Origin: Bacteroidales bacterium
GTDB lineage: Bacteria > Bacteroidota > Bacteroidia > Bacteroidales > UBA932
Assembly: GCA_024401715.1 (NCBI GenBank)
Contig: JAKSKO010000001.1
Span: forward strand, 6,891-70,890
Direction of reading: 5' to 3'
Length of the DNA: 64,000 bases
Part shown: in pieces, positions 11,521 through 20,432 of the stretch
Numbering within the stretch: the stretch's first letter is position 1
Layout of the letters: every line of letters starts with the position of its first letter
Notes under the pieces: model-generated
Seen by the model: the letters and a program-made list of their open reading frames with translations, nothing else
Databases searched by the model: none
What the model was told of the DNA's origin: nothing
Program-made: the position numbers and the translations under genes

Positions 11521-11552
11521 CAAAGGTAGCAAGAAAGCCGTTCACACGCAAA
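11521..11552 (-). promoter_or_regulatory. Bacteroidetes housekeeping-sigma promoter for the pyrC-purB operon
   Basis: Minus strand: TTTG (11552-11549), 20-nt spacer, TACCTTTG (11528-11521). Exact match to the TTTG-N19-21-TAnnTTTG consensus. Confidence 0.75.
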
Positions 11553-11608
11553 CTTTTTTTAGATGTTTTATTAACAATCGTATGTTGAAAACTTTTATTC
11601 CCGTTTCA

Positions 11609-11640
11609 TTTGTAAATGATAAATATTGAGAGTAACTTTG
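11609..11640 (+). promoter_or_regulatory. Bacteroidetes housekeeping-sigma promoter for the purE-purD operon
   Basis: TTTG (11609-11612), 20-nt spacer, TAACTTTG (11633-11640), ending 20 nt before the purE ATG. Confidence 0.78.
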
Positions 11641-11660
11641 CGCTTTAATCCTGTATTCTG

Positions 11661-12128
11661 ATGAAGGTAAGCATTATCATGGGCTCCACCTCCGATCTGG
11701 AGGTAATGAAAGCGGCATTTGAAACGCTGGAGCAGTTCGGCATCCCTTATGAAAAGAAAGTGATAAGCGCACACCGCGCACCGGCCCTTCTGGCCGAATA
11801 TGCATCAAGCGCCATTGAAAGGGGCATTGATGTGATTATTGCGGGTGCCGGCGGAGCAGCCCACCTTCCGGGCGTAACCGCAGCCTTCACAACCATTCCC
11901 GTGATCGGAGTGCCTATCAACGGCAAGGCCTTCGGCGGAATGGACGCACTTCTATCCATCGTACAGATGCCATCGGGCATCCCTGTGGCCACGGTGGGCG
12001 TGAACAACTCCAAGAACGCCGCCCTTCTTGCAGCATCAATCCTGTCACTTGGCAGCGCGGACCTTGCCGGCAAACTGCGAGAGTTCCGAAAGCAGCAGGA
12101 GGAGAAAATCAAAAATACCGAAATATAA
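11661..12128 (+). CDS. purE: N5-CAIR mutase (class I PurE)
   Basis: [39 protein letters not shown]. Confidence 0.96.
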   Translation: MKVSIIMGSTSDLEVMKAAFETLEQFGIPYEKKVISAHRAPALLAEYASSAIERGIDVIIAGAGGAAHLPGVTAAFTTIPVIGVPINGKAFGGMDALLSIVQMPSGIPVATVGVNNSKNAALLAASILSLGSADLAGKLREFRKQQEEKIKNTEI

Positions 12129-12140
12129 ACCAGCTCAGCT

Positions 12141-15100
12141 ATGGACAAAAATATCAGAATTTATGTCGAGAAGAAGCCCGGGTTCAGAGTGGAGGCGGAA
12201 AGCCTGCGCACAGAACTTAACGAAAACCTCTCTCTCGGCATAAAAGACTTGCGTTATATCAACGTGTATGACCTTGGCGGTTTCAGCGCCGCACTTCTGG
12301 AGAAATGCAAATACTCCGTTTTCGGCGAAATCGTAACAGACAGGGTTTACGAGTCCCTAAACCTCAACGGCAAGAAATACCTGGCAGTGGAATACATTCC
12401 GGGCCAGTTCGACCAGAGAGCTTCATCGGCCGTGGACTGCGTGCACCTGATAGACCCTTGCGCCGATGTGCAGATCAGAAGCAGCCGCCTGCTTATCTTT
12501 GACGAGGGCGTTTCGGACGCGGACATCGATGCGGTAAGGCACTATTATATAAATGCCGTTGAAAGCCGCGAGAAAGACCTTGGCAAACTTAGCCTTGCAG
12601 AGAATGCGGATGTGAAACCTCTTGCGAAACTGGACGGATTCACCGATATGGCAAGGGAGCAGTTCGCCTCTTTCTGCAAAGAATGGGGCCTTGCAATGAA
12701 TGCAGATGACCTCCAGGAGGTTGTAAACTACTTCCGCAAGGAGGGGCGCAACCCTTCGGAGACAGAGCTTCGCATCCTGGACACATACTGGAGCGACCAC
12801 TGCCGCCACACAACCTTCACAACGGAACTCACATCCATCACCATAGACGATTCCTTCATGAAGGAGGAGATTGAAAGCAGCCTTGGAATGTTCCACGACC
12901 TGCGCAAAGAGCTGGGACGCGAGGGCAAGAGCCTCTGCCTTATGGAGCTTGCAACCATAGGTGCGCGTTACCTGCGCAAGAAAGGCCTGCTGGAAGACAT
13001 GGAGGTTTCCGAAGAGAACAACGCATGCAGCATTTTCGTGGATGTGGACGTTGACGGCCAGCAGGAGAAATGGCTGCTGCAGTTCAAGAACGAGACACAC
13101 AACCACCCAACCGAGATAGAGCCTTTCGGCGGCGCGGCAACCTGTCTGGGCGGCGCCATACGAGACCCTCTCTCCGGCCGTTCATATGTATACCAGGCCA
13201 TGCGCGTAACCGGTGCGGGAGACATCAACAAAGCCGTATCGGAGACAATTCCGGGCAAGCTGCCGCAGAAGGTCATCAGCCGCAAGGCAGCCCACGGATA
13301 CAGCAGCTATGGCAACCAGATAGGCCTTGCAACCACCCATGTACGCGAAATCTACCATAACGGCTACACTGCGAAACGTCTGGAGATAGGTGCGGTTGTG
13401 GGCGCGGTGAAGGCAGACAGCGTAAGGCGTGAAAGCCCTGCAGCGGGAGATGTAATCCTTCTTCTTGGCGGACGCACCGGCCGTGACGGCATTGGCGGAG
13501 CCACAGGTTCTTCCAAAGAGCACACCGAGGCCTCTCTTGAGACCTGCGGCAGCGAGGTGCAGAAAGGTAACGCACCCGAGGAGCGCAAGCTCCAGCGTCT
13601 GTTCCGCCGTCCGGAGGTAACCAGGCTCATCAAGAAATCCAACGACTTCGGCGCGGGCGGCGTAAGCGTTGCCATAGGCGAGCTTGCCGACGGCCTGGAC
13701 ATACGTCTGGACCGCGTGCCAACCAAATACAAGGGCCTGAACCCTACAGAGCTTGCAATCAGCGAGAGCCAGGAGCGTATGGCCGTTGTTGTGGAGGCCA
13801 AAGACAGGGAGGCCTTCGAGGCCTACTGCAACAGCGAGAACGTGGAGGTGACCTATGTTGCCGACGTTACGGATCTGGGCAGAATGAGAATGTATTATGG
13901 CGGGGAGCTTATTGCAGACCTCAGCCGTGAATTCATAGACAGCGCCGGAGCAAAGCACTACAGCCAGGCTGCGATTGCCGCGGTGCAGCAGAAGAATCCT
14001 TTCGCACAGATGCCTCAGGGAGACAATCTCCAGGAAAGGATGATTTCTGTGATGGGCGGCAGGAACGTTGCCTCCCAGAAAGGTCTCATAGAGATGTTCG
14101 ACTCCACCATAGGCCGAAGCACAGTGCTTATGCCTTTCGGCGGAATGACACAGAATACAGAAACACAGGTATCGGCGCAGAAACTTCCTTGCGACGGCTA
14201 CACCGATACTGCCAGCGTCATGGCTTTCGGCTATAACCCGGACCTTGCAAGCTGGAGCCCTTACCATGGTGCGGCCTACGCAGTTGTGGAGGCCTGCGCA
14301 AAGGTTGTGGCTGCCGGTGCGGACTACAGCGGAATGCGCTTCAGCTATCAGGAGTACTTCGAAAGGATGACTGCCGATGCGCACAGCTGGGGCAAGCCTC
14401 TGTCGGCGCTGCTGGGTGCCCTTAAGATGCAGGTGGGCCTGGGCCTTCCTTCCATCGGCGGCAAGGATTCCATGAGCGGAACCTTCGAGCACATAAGCGT
14501 CCCTCCTACCCTTGTTGCCTTTGGCATCACAACCGCAAAGGCATCGAAACTCATCTCCCCTGAATTGAAATGGGAGGGTAACAAGTTGTACCTTATCAAA
14601 CATACAGCGCTGGACAATCATATGCCGGATCTGGAGCAGCTGAAGGCGAACTGGAACTTTGTTCACGAAGCGGTTACGCGCGGAGACATCGTTTCCGGCT
14701 GGAGCGTGGGCTTCGGCGGAGTGGCAGAGGGTCTTGCAAAGATGGCCATGGGCAACATGTTCGGCGTGGACGTGAAACTTCCGGAGGAAGAGCTCTTCGC
14801 ACTGAACTACGGTTCCATCATCGTTGAGAGCCGCACAGAGCTGGATTTCGCCGGCGCCGTTCTTCTTGGCGAGGTAACTTCCGGCGAGGACGACAAGCTT
14901 CACATAAACGGCGAGGCTGTTGATGCCGCCGCACTTCTTTCCGCATGGGAAGGCCGATACAGCAAGGTATACCCAGCTACGGCAGCCGCACAGCACAAGA
15001 AAGTTATCCCTTCGGGCATCAAGGCCGGTTCAAGGAAACGCGCAATCAGATATAAAGGTGAGAAGGTGGAGAAACCGCTGGTGTTCCTGCCTGTATTCCC

Positions 15101-15872
15101 TGGTACTAACTGCGACTACGACTCTGCAAAGGCCTTCCGCAAGGCGGGCGCAGAGGTGCGTTTCGGGGTGTTCTGCAACCTTACCACCGATGACGTTCTC
15201 CGCTCCATCGACATGATGGTGAAGAACATAAGCGAGTGTCACATACTTATGCTGAGCGGTGGTTTCAGCGCGGGTGACGAGCCTGACGGCAGTGCCAAAT
15301 TCATTGCCAACGTGCTTAACAACAAGGCCGTGGCCGATGCAATCCACGCCCTGCTGGACCGCGGAGGCCTTATCGGAGGCATATGCAACGGTTTCCAGGC
15401 TCTTGTGAAGAGCGGCCTGCTTCCATACGGACGCCTTGGCATGGTTACCGAAGACTCTCCTACACTTTTCCGCAACGACATCAACCGTCACATAAGCCAG
15501 ATGGCAACAACACGCATTGCAACCACCTCCTCCCCTTGGCTTGCCGGCCTCAAGGAGGGAGACCTGCATACGATTGCGGTAAGCCACGGCGAGGGCAAGT
15601 TCGTTGTAAGCGAGGCTCTGGCCAGGGAACTGTTCCAGAACGGCCAGGTTGCCTTCCAGTATGTGGATCCCGTTAGCGAGGCCCCTACAATGAAAAGCCC
15701 GTACAACCCTAACGGTTCATACTACGCAATAGAGGGTATCATCAGCCCTAACGGCCAGATTATTGGCAAGATGGGCCACACAGAGCGCTGGGAGCCGGGA
15801 TGCTTCCTTAACATCCAGGAAGAGCTGGAGCAACCTCTGTTCACCAATGCAGTAAATTATTTCAGGAAATAA
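12141..15872 (+). CDS. purL: Single-chain FGAM synthase (large PurL with fused glutaminase)
   Basis: YWSDHCRHTTF, ETHNHPTEIEPFGGAATC, FPGTNC, and intact glutaminase motifs GICNGFQ and GHTER. The N-terminus is of the Streptococcus/Clostridium type. Confidence 0.96.
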   Translation: MDKNIRIYVEKKPGFRVEAESLRTELNENLSLGIKDLRYINVYDLGGFSAALLEKCKYSVFGEIVTDRVYESLNLNGKKYLAVEYIPGQFDQRASSAVDCVHLIDPCADVQIRSSRLLIFDEGVSDADIDAVRHYYINAVESREKDLGKLSLAENADVKPLAKLDGFTDMAREQFASFCKEWGLAMNADDLQEVVNYFRKEGRNPSETELRILDTYWSDHCRHTTFTTELTSITIDDSFMKEEIESSLGMFHDLRKELGREGKSLCLMELATIGARYLRKKGLLEDMEVSEENNACSIFVDVDVDGQQEKWLLQFKNETHNHPTEIEPFGGAATCLGGAIRDPLSGRSYVYQAMRVTGAGDINKAVSETIPGKLPQKVISRKAAHGYSSYGNQIGLATTHVREIYHNGYTAKRLEIGAVVGAVKADSVRRESPAAGDVILLLGGRTGRDGIGGATGSSKEHTEASLETCGSEVQKGNAPEERKLQRLFRRPEVTRLIKKSNDFGAGGVSVAIGELADGLDIRLDRVPTKYKGLNPTELAISESQERMAVVVEAKDREAFEAYCNSENVEVTYVADVTDLGRMRMYYGGELIADLSREFIDSAGAKHYSQAAIAAVQQKNPFAQMPQGDNLQERMISVMGGRNVASQKGLIEMFDSTIGRSTVLMPFGGMTQNTETQVSAQKLPCDGYTDTASVMAFGYNPDLASWSPYHGAAYAVVEACAKVVAAGADYSGMRFSYQEYFERMTADAHSWGKPLSALLGALKMQVGLGLPSIGGKDSMSGTFEHISVPPTLVAFGITTAKASKLISPELKWEGNKLYLIKHTALDNHMPDLEQLKANWNFVHEAVTRGDIVSGWSVGFGGVAEGLAKMAMGNMFGVDVKLPEEELFALNYGSIIVESRTELDFAGAVLLGEVTSGEDDKLHINGEAVDAAALLSAWEGRYSKVYPATAAAQHKKVIPSGIKAGSRKRAIRYKGEKVEKPLVFLPVFPGTNCDYDSAKAFRKAGAEVRFGVFCNLTTDDVLRSIDMMVKNISECHILMLSGGFSAGDEPDGSAKFIANVLNNKAVADAIHALLDRGGLIGGICNGFQALVKSGLLPYGRLGMVTEDSPTLFRNDINRHISQMATTRIATTSSPWLAGLKEGDLHTIAVSHGEGKFVVSEALARELFQNGQVAFQYVDPVSEAPTMKSPYNPNGSYYAIEGIISPNGQIIGKMGHTERWEPGCFLNIQEELEQPLFTNAVNYFRK

Positions 15873-15904
15873 AACACAGGAAATAAAACACAGGAAATAA
15901 AACA
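15863..15904 (+). repeat. Three perfect tandem copies of the 14-mer CAGGAAATAAAACA
   Basis: Copies at 15863-15876, 15877-15890 and 15891-15904. The first contains the purL stop codon. Confidence 0.92.
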
Positions 15905-15915
15905 TTAATAGATAT

Positions 15916-16941
15916 ATGGCCAAAAGTTACGAAAACGCCGGAGTGAATCTGGAAGCCGGTTACGAAGTTGTAAGCCGAATCAAAAAACACGTTGCCTCCA
16001 CTGCCCGCAAGGGTTCAATGGGCGGAATTGGTTCTTTCGGAGGCATGTTTGACCTCTCCCAGCTTGGAATCAAGGAGCCTGTACTTGTAAGCGGTACGGA
16101 CGGCGTGGGAACAAAACTTAAAATTGCCTTTGCGATGGACAAGCACGATACCGTTGGTATTGATGCCGTTGCAATGTGCGTGAACGATGTGCTTGCACAG
16201 GGTGCCGAGCCTCTTGTATTCCTGGATTATGTTGCGGTAGGACACAATATCCCCGCACAGGTGGAGGCTATCGTTGCCGGTGTGGCAGAAGGTTGCCGCC
16301 AGGCAGGTTGCGCCCTTGTTGGAGGCGAGACTGCCGAGATGCCGGGCATGTATGAGGGAGGCGAGTATGATATCGCCGGCTACACCACAGGTGTTGTGGA
16401 GAAATCCAAACTTATTGACGGCAGCAAGGTGAAGGCGGGCGACGTGCTGGTGGGCATCGCTTCAAGCGGCGTTCACAGCAACGGCTTCAGCCTTGTGCGC
16501 AAGATTGTTGCCGATGCAGGCCTCAAGCTCACCGATGAGATTCCGGAGCTTGGCGGAAGACGTCTGGGAGACGTTCTCCTCACCCCTACCCGAATCTATG
16601 TGAAACAGGTGCTGGACGTGATCCGCAACTGCGACGTGCACGGCGTTGCACACATCACCGGCGGCGGTTTTGACGAGAACATCCCGCGTGTGCTTCACGA
16701 GGGACAGGGCCTGGAGATTAAGGAGGGCAGCTGGGAGATTCTTCCTATTTTCCAATGTCTGGAGAAATGGGGAGGCATTCCTCACAGGGAGATGTTCAAC
16801 ATCTTCAACATGGGTATAGGTATGGTGGTTGTGCTGGACGAGAGCGATGCGGCAAAAGCCATCAGCATCCTGGAGAGCCATGGCGAGAAAGCAAGCGTCA
16901 TCGGCAAGGTTACAAACGGTAATACAGTGGAGATTATATAA
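15916..16941 (+). CDS. purM: AIR synthetase
   Basis: [50 protein letters not shown]. Confidence 0.96.
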   Translation: MAKSYENAGVNLEAGYEVVSRIKKHVASTARKGSMGGIGSFGGMFDLSQLGIKEPVLVSGTDGVGTKLKIAFAMDKHDTVGIDAVAMCVNDVLAQGAEPLVFLDYVAVGHNIPAQVEAIVAGVAEGCRQAGCALVGGETAEMPGMYEGGEYDIAGYTTGVVEKSKLIDGSKVKAGDVLVGIASSGVHSNGFSLVRKIVADAGLKLTDEIPELGGRRLGDVLLTPTRIYVKQVLDVIRNCDVHGVAHITGGGFDENIPRVLHEGQGLEIKEGSWEILPIFQCLEKWGGIPHREMFNIFNMGIGMVVVLDESDAAKAISILESHGEKASVIGKVTNGNTVEII

Positions 16942-18503
16942 TGAGCAAACGTAGAGCACTTGTCAGCGTAAGCGACAAAACAGGCCTTGTGGATTTCGTG
17001 AAAGGCCTTCAGTCCCTTGATTGGGAGATAATTGCAACCGGCGGCACACAGAAGCTGCTGGAAGACAACGGCGTTCACACCATAGGCATCAGCGAGGTCA
17101 CAGGATTTCCGGAGATTTGCGACGGCCGCGTGAAAACCCTTCATCCTAAGGTACACGGCGGTATTCTTGCACGCCGCGACGTTCCGGAGCACATGGCAAC
17201 CCTGGCACAGGAAGGCATTCAGACAATAGAGCTGGTTTGCGTCAACCTGTACCCTTTCAAACAGACCATCGCAAAACCCAACGTATCAATGGAGGACGCC
17301 ATAGAGAACATCGATATCGGAGGTCCTTCAATGGTGCGCAGCGCCGCAAAGAACTGGCGTGACGTGAACATTGTATGCGACCCTGCAGACTATGCAACAG
17401 TGCTGGGAGAGCTCCAGGCAAACGGCTGGACAAGCGACGAGACCCGTCTAAAACTTAGCGCCAAGGCATACACCCACACTGCAGAGTATGATATGATGAT
17501 CTCCACCTACATGCGCGCACAGGCCGGCCTTCCGGAGAAACTCTTCCTGGAGTACGACATCAGGCAGAGCCTGCGCTACGGAGAAAACCCTCATCAGAAC
17601 GCAAAATTCTTCGCCGCCCTGGAGCCTGTTCCATTCTCTTTGGCATCGGCAAGACAGCTTAACGGCAAAGAACTGTCATACAACAACATACAGGACGCAA
17701 ACGCAGCGCTTAACATTGTGCGCGAGTTTGGCGACACCCCTTTCTGCGTGGGCCTGAAACACATGAATCCGTGCGGCGCAGCAATAGGCAAGGACGTTGT
17801 GGAGGCATGGACTAAGGCATACGAGGCCGACAAGGTGAGTATCTTCGGCGGCATCGTGGCAACAAACTGCGAGCTCACACGCGAGGCCGCGGAACTGATG
17901 AAGCCTATCTTCCTTGAGATTATCATGGCTCCTAAGTTCAGCGAGGGCGCCCTGGAGGTGCTTTCGGCAAAGAAGAACCTTCGCCTTCTGGAGGTGGACA
18001 TGAGCAAGGACAATGCAACCCACATGCAGTATGTAAGCGTGAACGGCGGTATGCTGGCCCAGGAGCTGGACACAGACACCGTGCAGCTTACAGAGGAGAT
18101 GTGCGTTACAGAGCTTAAGCCAAGCGCAGAGCAGATGACAGACATGCAGTTCGCATGGAGAATTGTGAAACACGTGAAATCCAATGCAATCGTTGTAGTG
18201 AAGAACGGCATGACACTGGGTGTTGGTGCAGGTCAGATGAACCGCGTTGGTTCTGCAGGCATTGCTTTGAAACAGGCCGAAGCCACTCTGGCAGCCGAGG
18301 GCAAGGATATACGCGAGGAAGGCCTTGTTATGGGTTCCGACGGTTTCTTCCCATTCGGAGACAGCGTGGAGAGCGCAGCCGAGTATGGCATCAAGGCAAT
18401 TGTGCAGCCAGGTGGCAGCGTGCGTGACGACGAAAGCGTGAACGCCGCCAACAAGCACGGCATCACCATGCTTATGACAGGCATGCGTCACTTCAAACAC
18501 TAA
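16941..18503 (+). CDS. purH: Bifunctional AICAR transformylase / IMP cyclohydrolase
   Basis: ALVSVSDK, GRVKTLHP, IENIDIGGP, LRYGENPHQ, KHVKSNAIV, SDGFFPF. The start overlaps the purM stop (TAATG). Confidence 0.96.
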   Translation: MSKRRALVSVSDKTGLVDFVKGLQSLDWEIIATGGTQKLLEDNGVHTIGISEVTGFPEICDGRVKTLHPKVHGGILARRDVPEHMATLAQEGIQTIELVCVNLYPFKQTIAKPNVSMEDAIENIDIGGPSMVRSAAKNWRDVNIVCDPADYATVLGELQANGWTSDETRLKLSAKAYTHTAEYDMMISTYMRAQAGLPEKLFLEYDIRQSLRYGENPHQNAKFFAALEPVPFSLASARQLNGKELSYNNIQDANAALNIVREFGDTPFCVGLKHMNPCGAAIGKDVVEAWTKAYEADKVSIFGGIVATNCELTREAAELMKPIFLEIIMAPKFSEGALEVLSAKKNLRLLEVDMSKDNATHMQYVSVNGGMLAQELDTDTVQLTEEMCVTELKPSAEQMTDMQFAWRIVKHVKSNAIVVVKNGMTLGVGAGQMNRVGSAGIALKQAEATLAAEGKDIREEGLVMGSDGFFPFGDSVESAAEYGIKAIVQPGGSVRDDESVNAANKHGITMLMTGMRHFKH

Positions 18504-18507
18504 AACC

Positions 18508-19773
18508 ATGAAGAAAGTACTTGTAATAGGCGGAGGCGGCAGGGAGCATGCCATTGTGGATGCCCTCTACCGCAGCCCGCAGGTTGGAAAGATATATTGC
18601 GCACCGGGCAACGCAGGCATAGCCCGGCAGGCAGAATGCGTGGCCATCAAGGACAATGACGTTGCAGCCCTGTTGGCTTTCGCAAAGGAAAAGGAGATAG
18701 ACCTTACCGTTGTAGGCCCGGAAGCTGCACTTGCAGCCGGCGTGGTTGATGCTTTCCGCGCGGAAGGCATGAAAATCTTCGGCCACAGCAAGGCGGCAAC
18801 AAGAATTGAGAGCAGCAAAGAGTTTGCAAAGCAGATCATGGAGAAATATGATGTGCCAACCGCCGCCTACAAGAGTTTCACCTCTTATGAGGAGGCCCTG
18901 GCCTACGTTTCTGCACGCCCCTTCCCTGCAGTTCTGAAATATGACGGACTTGCAGCAGGCAAGGGTGTGGTTATTGCAGAGGACCTGGCCCAGGCCGACG
19001 AGGCCCTGCGCGACATGCTGCTGGACTCGGCCTTCGGCCATGAAGGCAAAGTGGTGGTTGAGGACTTCCTTACCGGTCCGGAATTTTCTTTCATGTGTTT
19101 CGTGGACGGGGCGAAGGTGTATCCTATGCCTCTTTCACAGGACCACAAGCGCGCTTTTGACGGAGACAAAGGTCCGAATACCGGCGGCATGGGTGCATAC
19201 ACCGGTCTGCCTTTCATCACGGAAGAGGACAGGGAGTTCGCCCTGCGCGAGGTTCTGGAAAAGACCGCCGCAGCAATGGTTGCAGAGGGTTGCCCTCTTA
19301 GCGGTGTGCTGTACGGCGGCCTCATGAAGACACCGTCGGGTGTGAAGGTGATAGAGTTCAACGCCCGTTTCGGAGACCCGGAGACAGAAGTTGTGCTGCC
19401 GCTTATAGATTCCGACATCTATGACGTATTCGAAGCTGTTGCAACAGGCAGGGAACTTTCCGGCCCCGTTGTGTGGAGCAACGATATCACAATGGGAGTT
19501 GTGCTGGCATCCAAGGGCTATCCCGGCTCATACGAGAAAGGCCACGAAATATGCATCCTGGAGCACCCGGGCCGCATTTTCCACATGGGAACCAAGGCCA
19601 CAGGCGAGGAGGGAAAATATCTTACTGCAGGCGGACGCGTGATGATGTGCGTTGCCCGCGCCTCATCTCTGGAAGAGGCCCGCAGCAATGCCTATGCCAC
19701 AGTTGCCGCAGTGAAATGCAGCAATCTCTTCCATCGCAGCGACATTGCCCACTGGGCATTTGAGCAGCGCTAA
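18508..19773 (+). CDS. purD: Phosphoribosylamine-glycine ligase
   Basis: VIGGGGREHA, APGNAG, DGLAAGKGV, QDHKR, GPNTGGMG, IEFNARFGDPE. Confidence 0.97.
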   Translation: MKKVLVIGGGGREHAIVDALYRSPQVGKIYCAPGNAGIARQAECVAIKDNDVAALLAFAKEKEIDLTVVGPEAALAAGVVDAFRAEGMKIFGHSKAATRIESSKEFAKQIMEKYDVPTAAYKSFTSYEEALAYVSARPFPAVLKYDGLAAGKGVVIAEDLAQADEALRDMLLDSAFGHEGKVVVEDFLTGPEFSFMCFVDGAKVYPMPLSQDHKRAFDGDKGPNTGGMGAYTGLPFITEEDREFALREVLEKTAAAMVAEGCPLSGVLYGGLMKTPSGVKVIEFNARFGDPETEVVLPLIDSDIYDVFEAVATGRELSGPVVWSNDITMGVVLASKGYPGSYEKGHEICILEHPGRIFHMGTKATGEEGKYLTAGGRVMMCVARASSLEEARSNAYATVAAVKCSNLFHRSDIAHWAFEQR

Positions 19774-20345
19774 TTTGTGTAAATATCTTTGAGGAGCATA
19801 TCGCTGTCTATTGCCATAGCGCAGATTTTCTTGTATATGCGATATAGCTCTTCCGGGCTGTCTTCCTTGCCATGGCTAAGCCAGGTATGGAGTATGCTTT
19901 CAATGATACCTCCGGCAAAAGCCCGGAGGTAATCTGTTTCTTTCGGGGTGAAGAATTTGTTCACCTCAGGCACCAGTTTGCGTGAGGTTTTTTCCAGAGA
20001 CCGTCTGATTATATCCATACGGTTGCACTTGAACATGGCTTCCAGTATCTGATAGTGCTGTCTCCAATATTTGAGAGAGTATAGGATAAAGGTGTCCCTG
20101 TTTTCCAGATCGGCCGCAGTGTAATCTTGTATTGTCCTCTCGCAAAGAAGGTCGCTGGCATATGCCAGCACGTCAACCGGAGTGTCAAAAATCCGGTAGA
20201 AAGTGGCCCGGCCGACACCGGCCACACTGCACAACTCGCTTACCGTAATCTCCTGCATTGATTTTTCCTGTATGCACTTATACAGAGCTTCGGATAGAAA
20301 CGATGCGGAGTCTATTACTCTTTTGTCATTCTTGATACGATACAT
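19770..20345 (-). CDS. TetR/AcrR-family regulator
   Basis: HTH segment ITVSELCSVAGVGRATFYRIFD, divergent from the efflux operon. The probable start is MYRIKNDKR at 20345. Confidence 0.88.
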   Translation of the reverse strand: MYRIKNDKRVIDSASFLSEALYKCIQEKSMQEITVSELCSVAGVGRATFYRIFDTPVDVLAYASDLLCERTIQDYTAADLENRDTFILYSLKYWRQHYQILEAMFKCNRMDIIRRSLEKTSRKLVPEVNKFFTPKETDYLRAFAGGIIESILHTWLSHGKEDSPEELYRIYKKICAMAIDSDMLLKDIYTN

Positions 20346-20366
20346 ATTTTTGATCTTGTGTCTCAC

Positions 20367-20387
20367 ATCACACTTGTGATACATTTG
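20367..20387 (+). promoter_or_regulatory. Candidate TetR operator (ATCACA-CT-TGTGAT) abutting a -7 box TACATTTG
   Basis: Perfect 6-bp inverted repeat at 20367-20380 and a TAnnTTTG match at 20380-20387, between the divergent tetR and tolC genes. Confidence 0.5.
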
Positions 20388-20432
20388 TTTCGTAAATTTA
20401 TAACATCTTTGCGGAAAAATACAACAAAAAAG

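Noticed and set aside
11514-11660. Possible PyrR attenuator, PurR box or purine riboswitch
   Set aside because: The leaders are too short (about 7 and 20 nt after the -7 boxes) and no such structure is visible.
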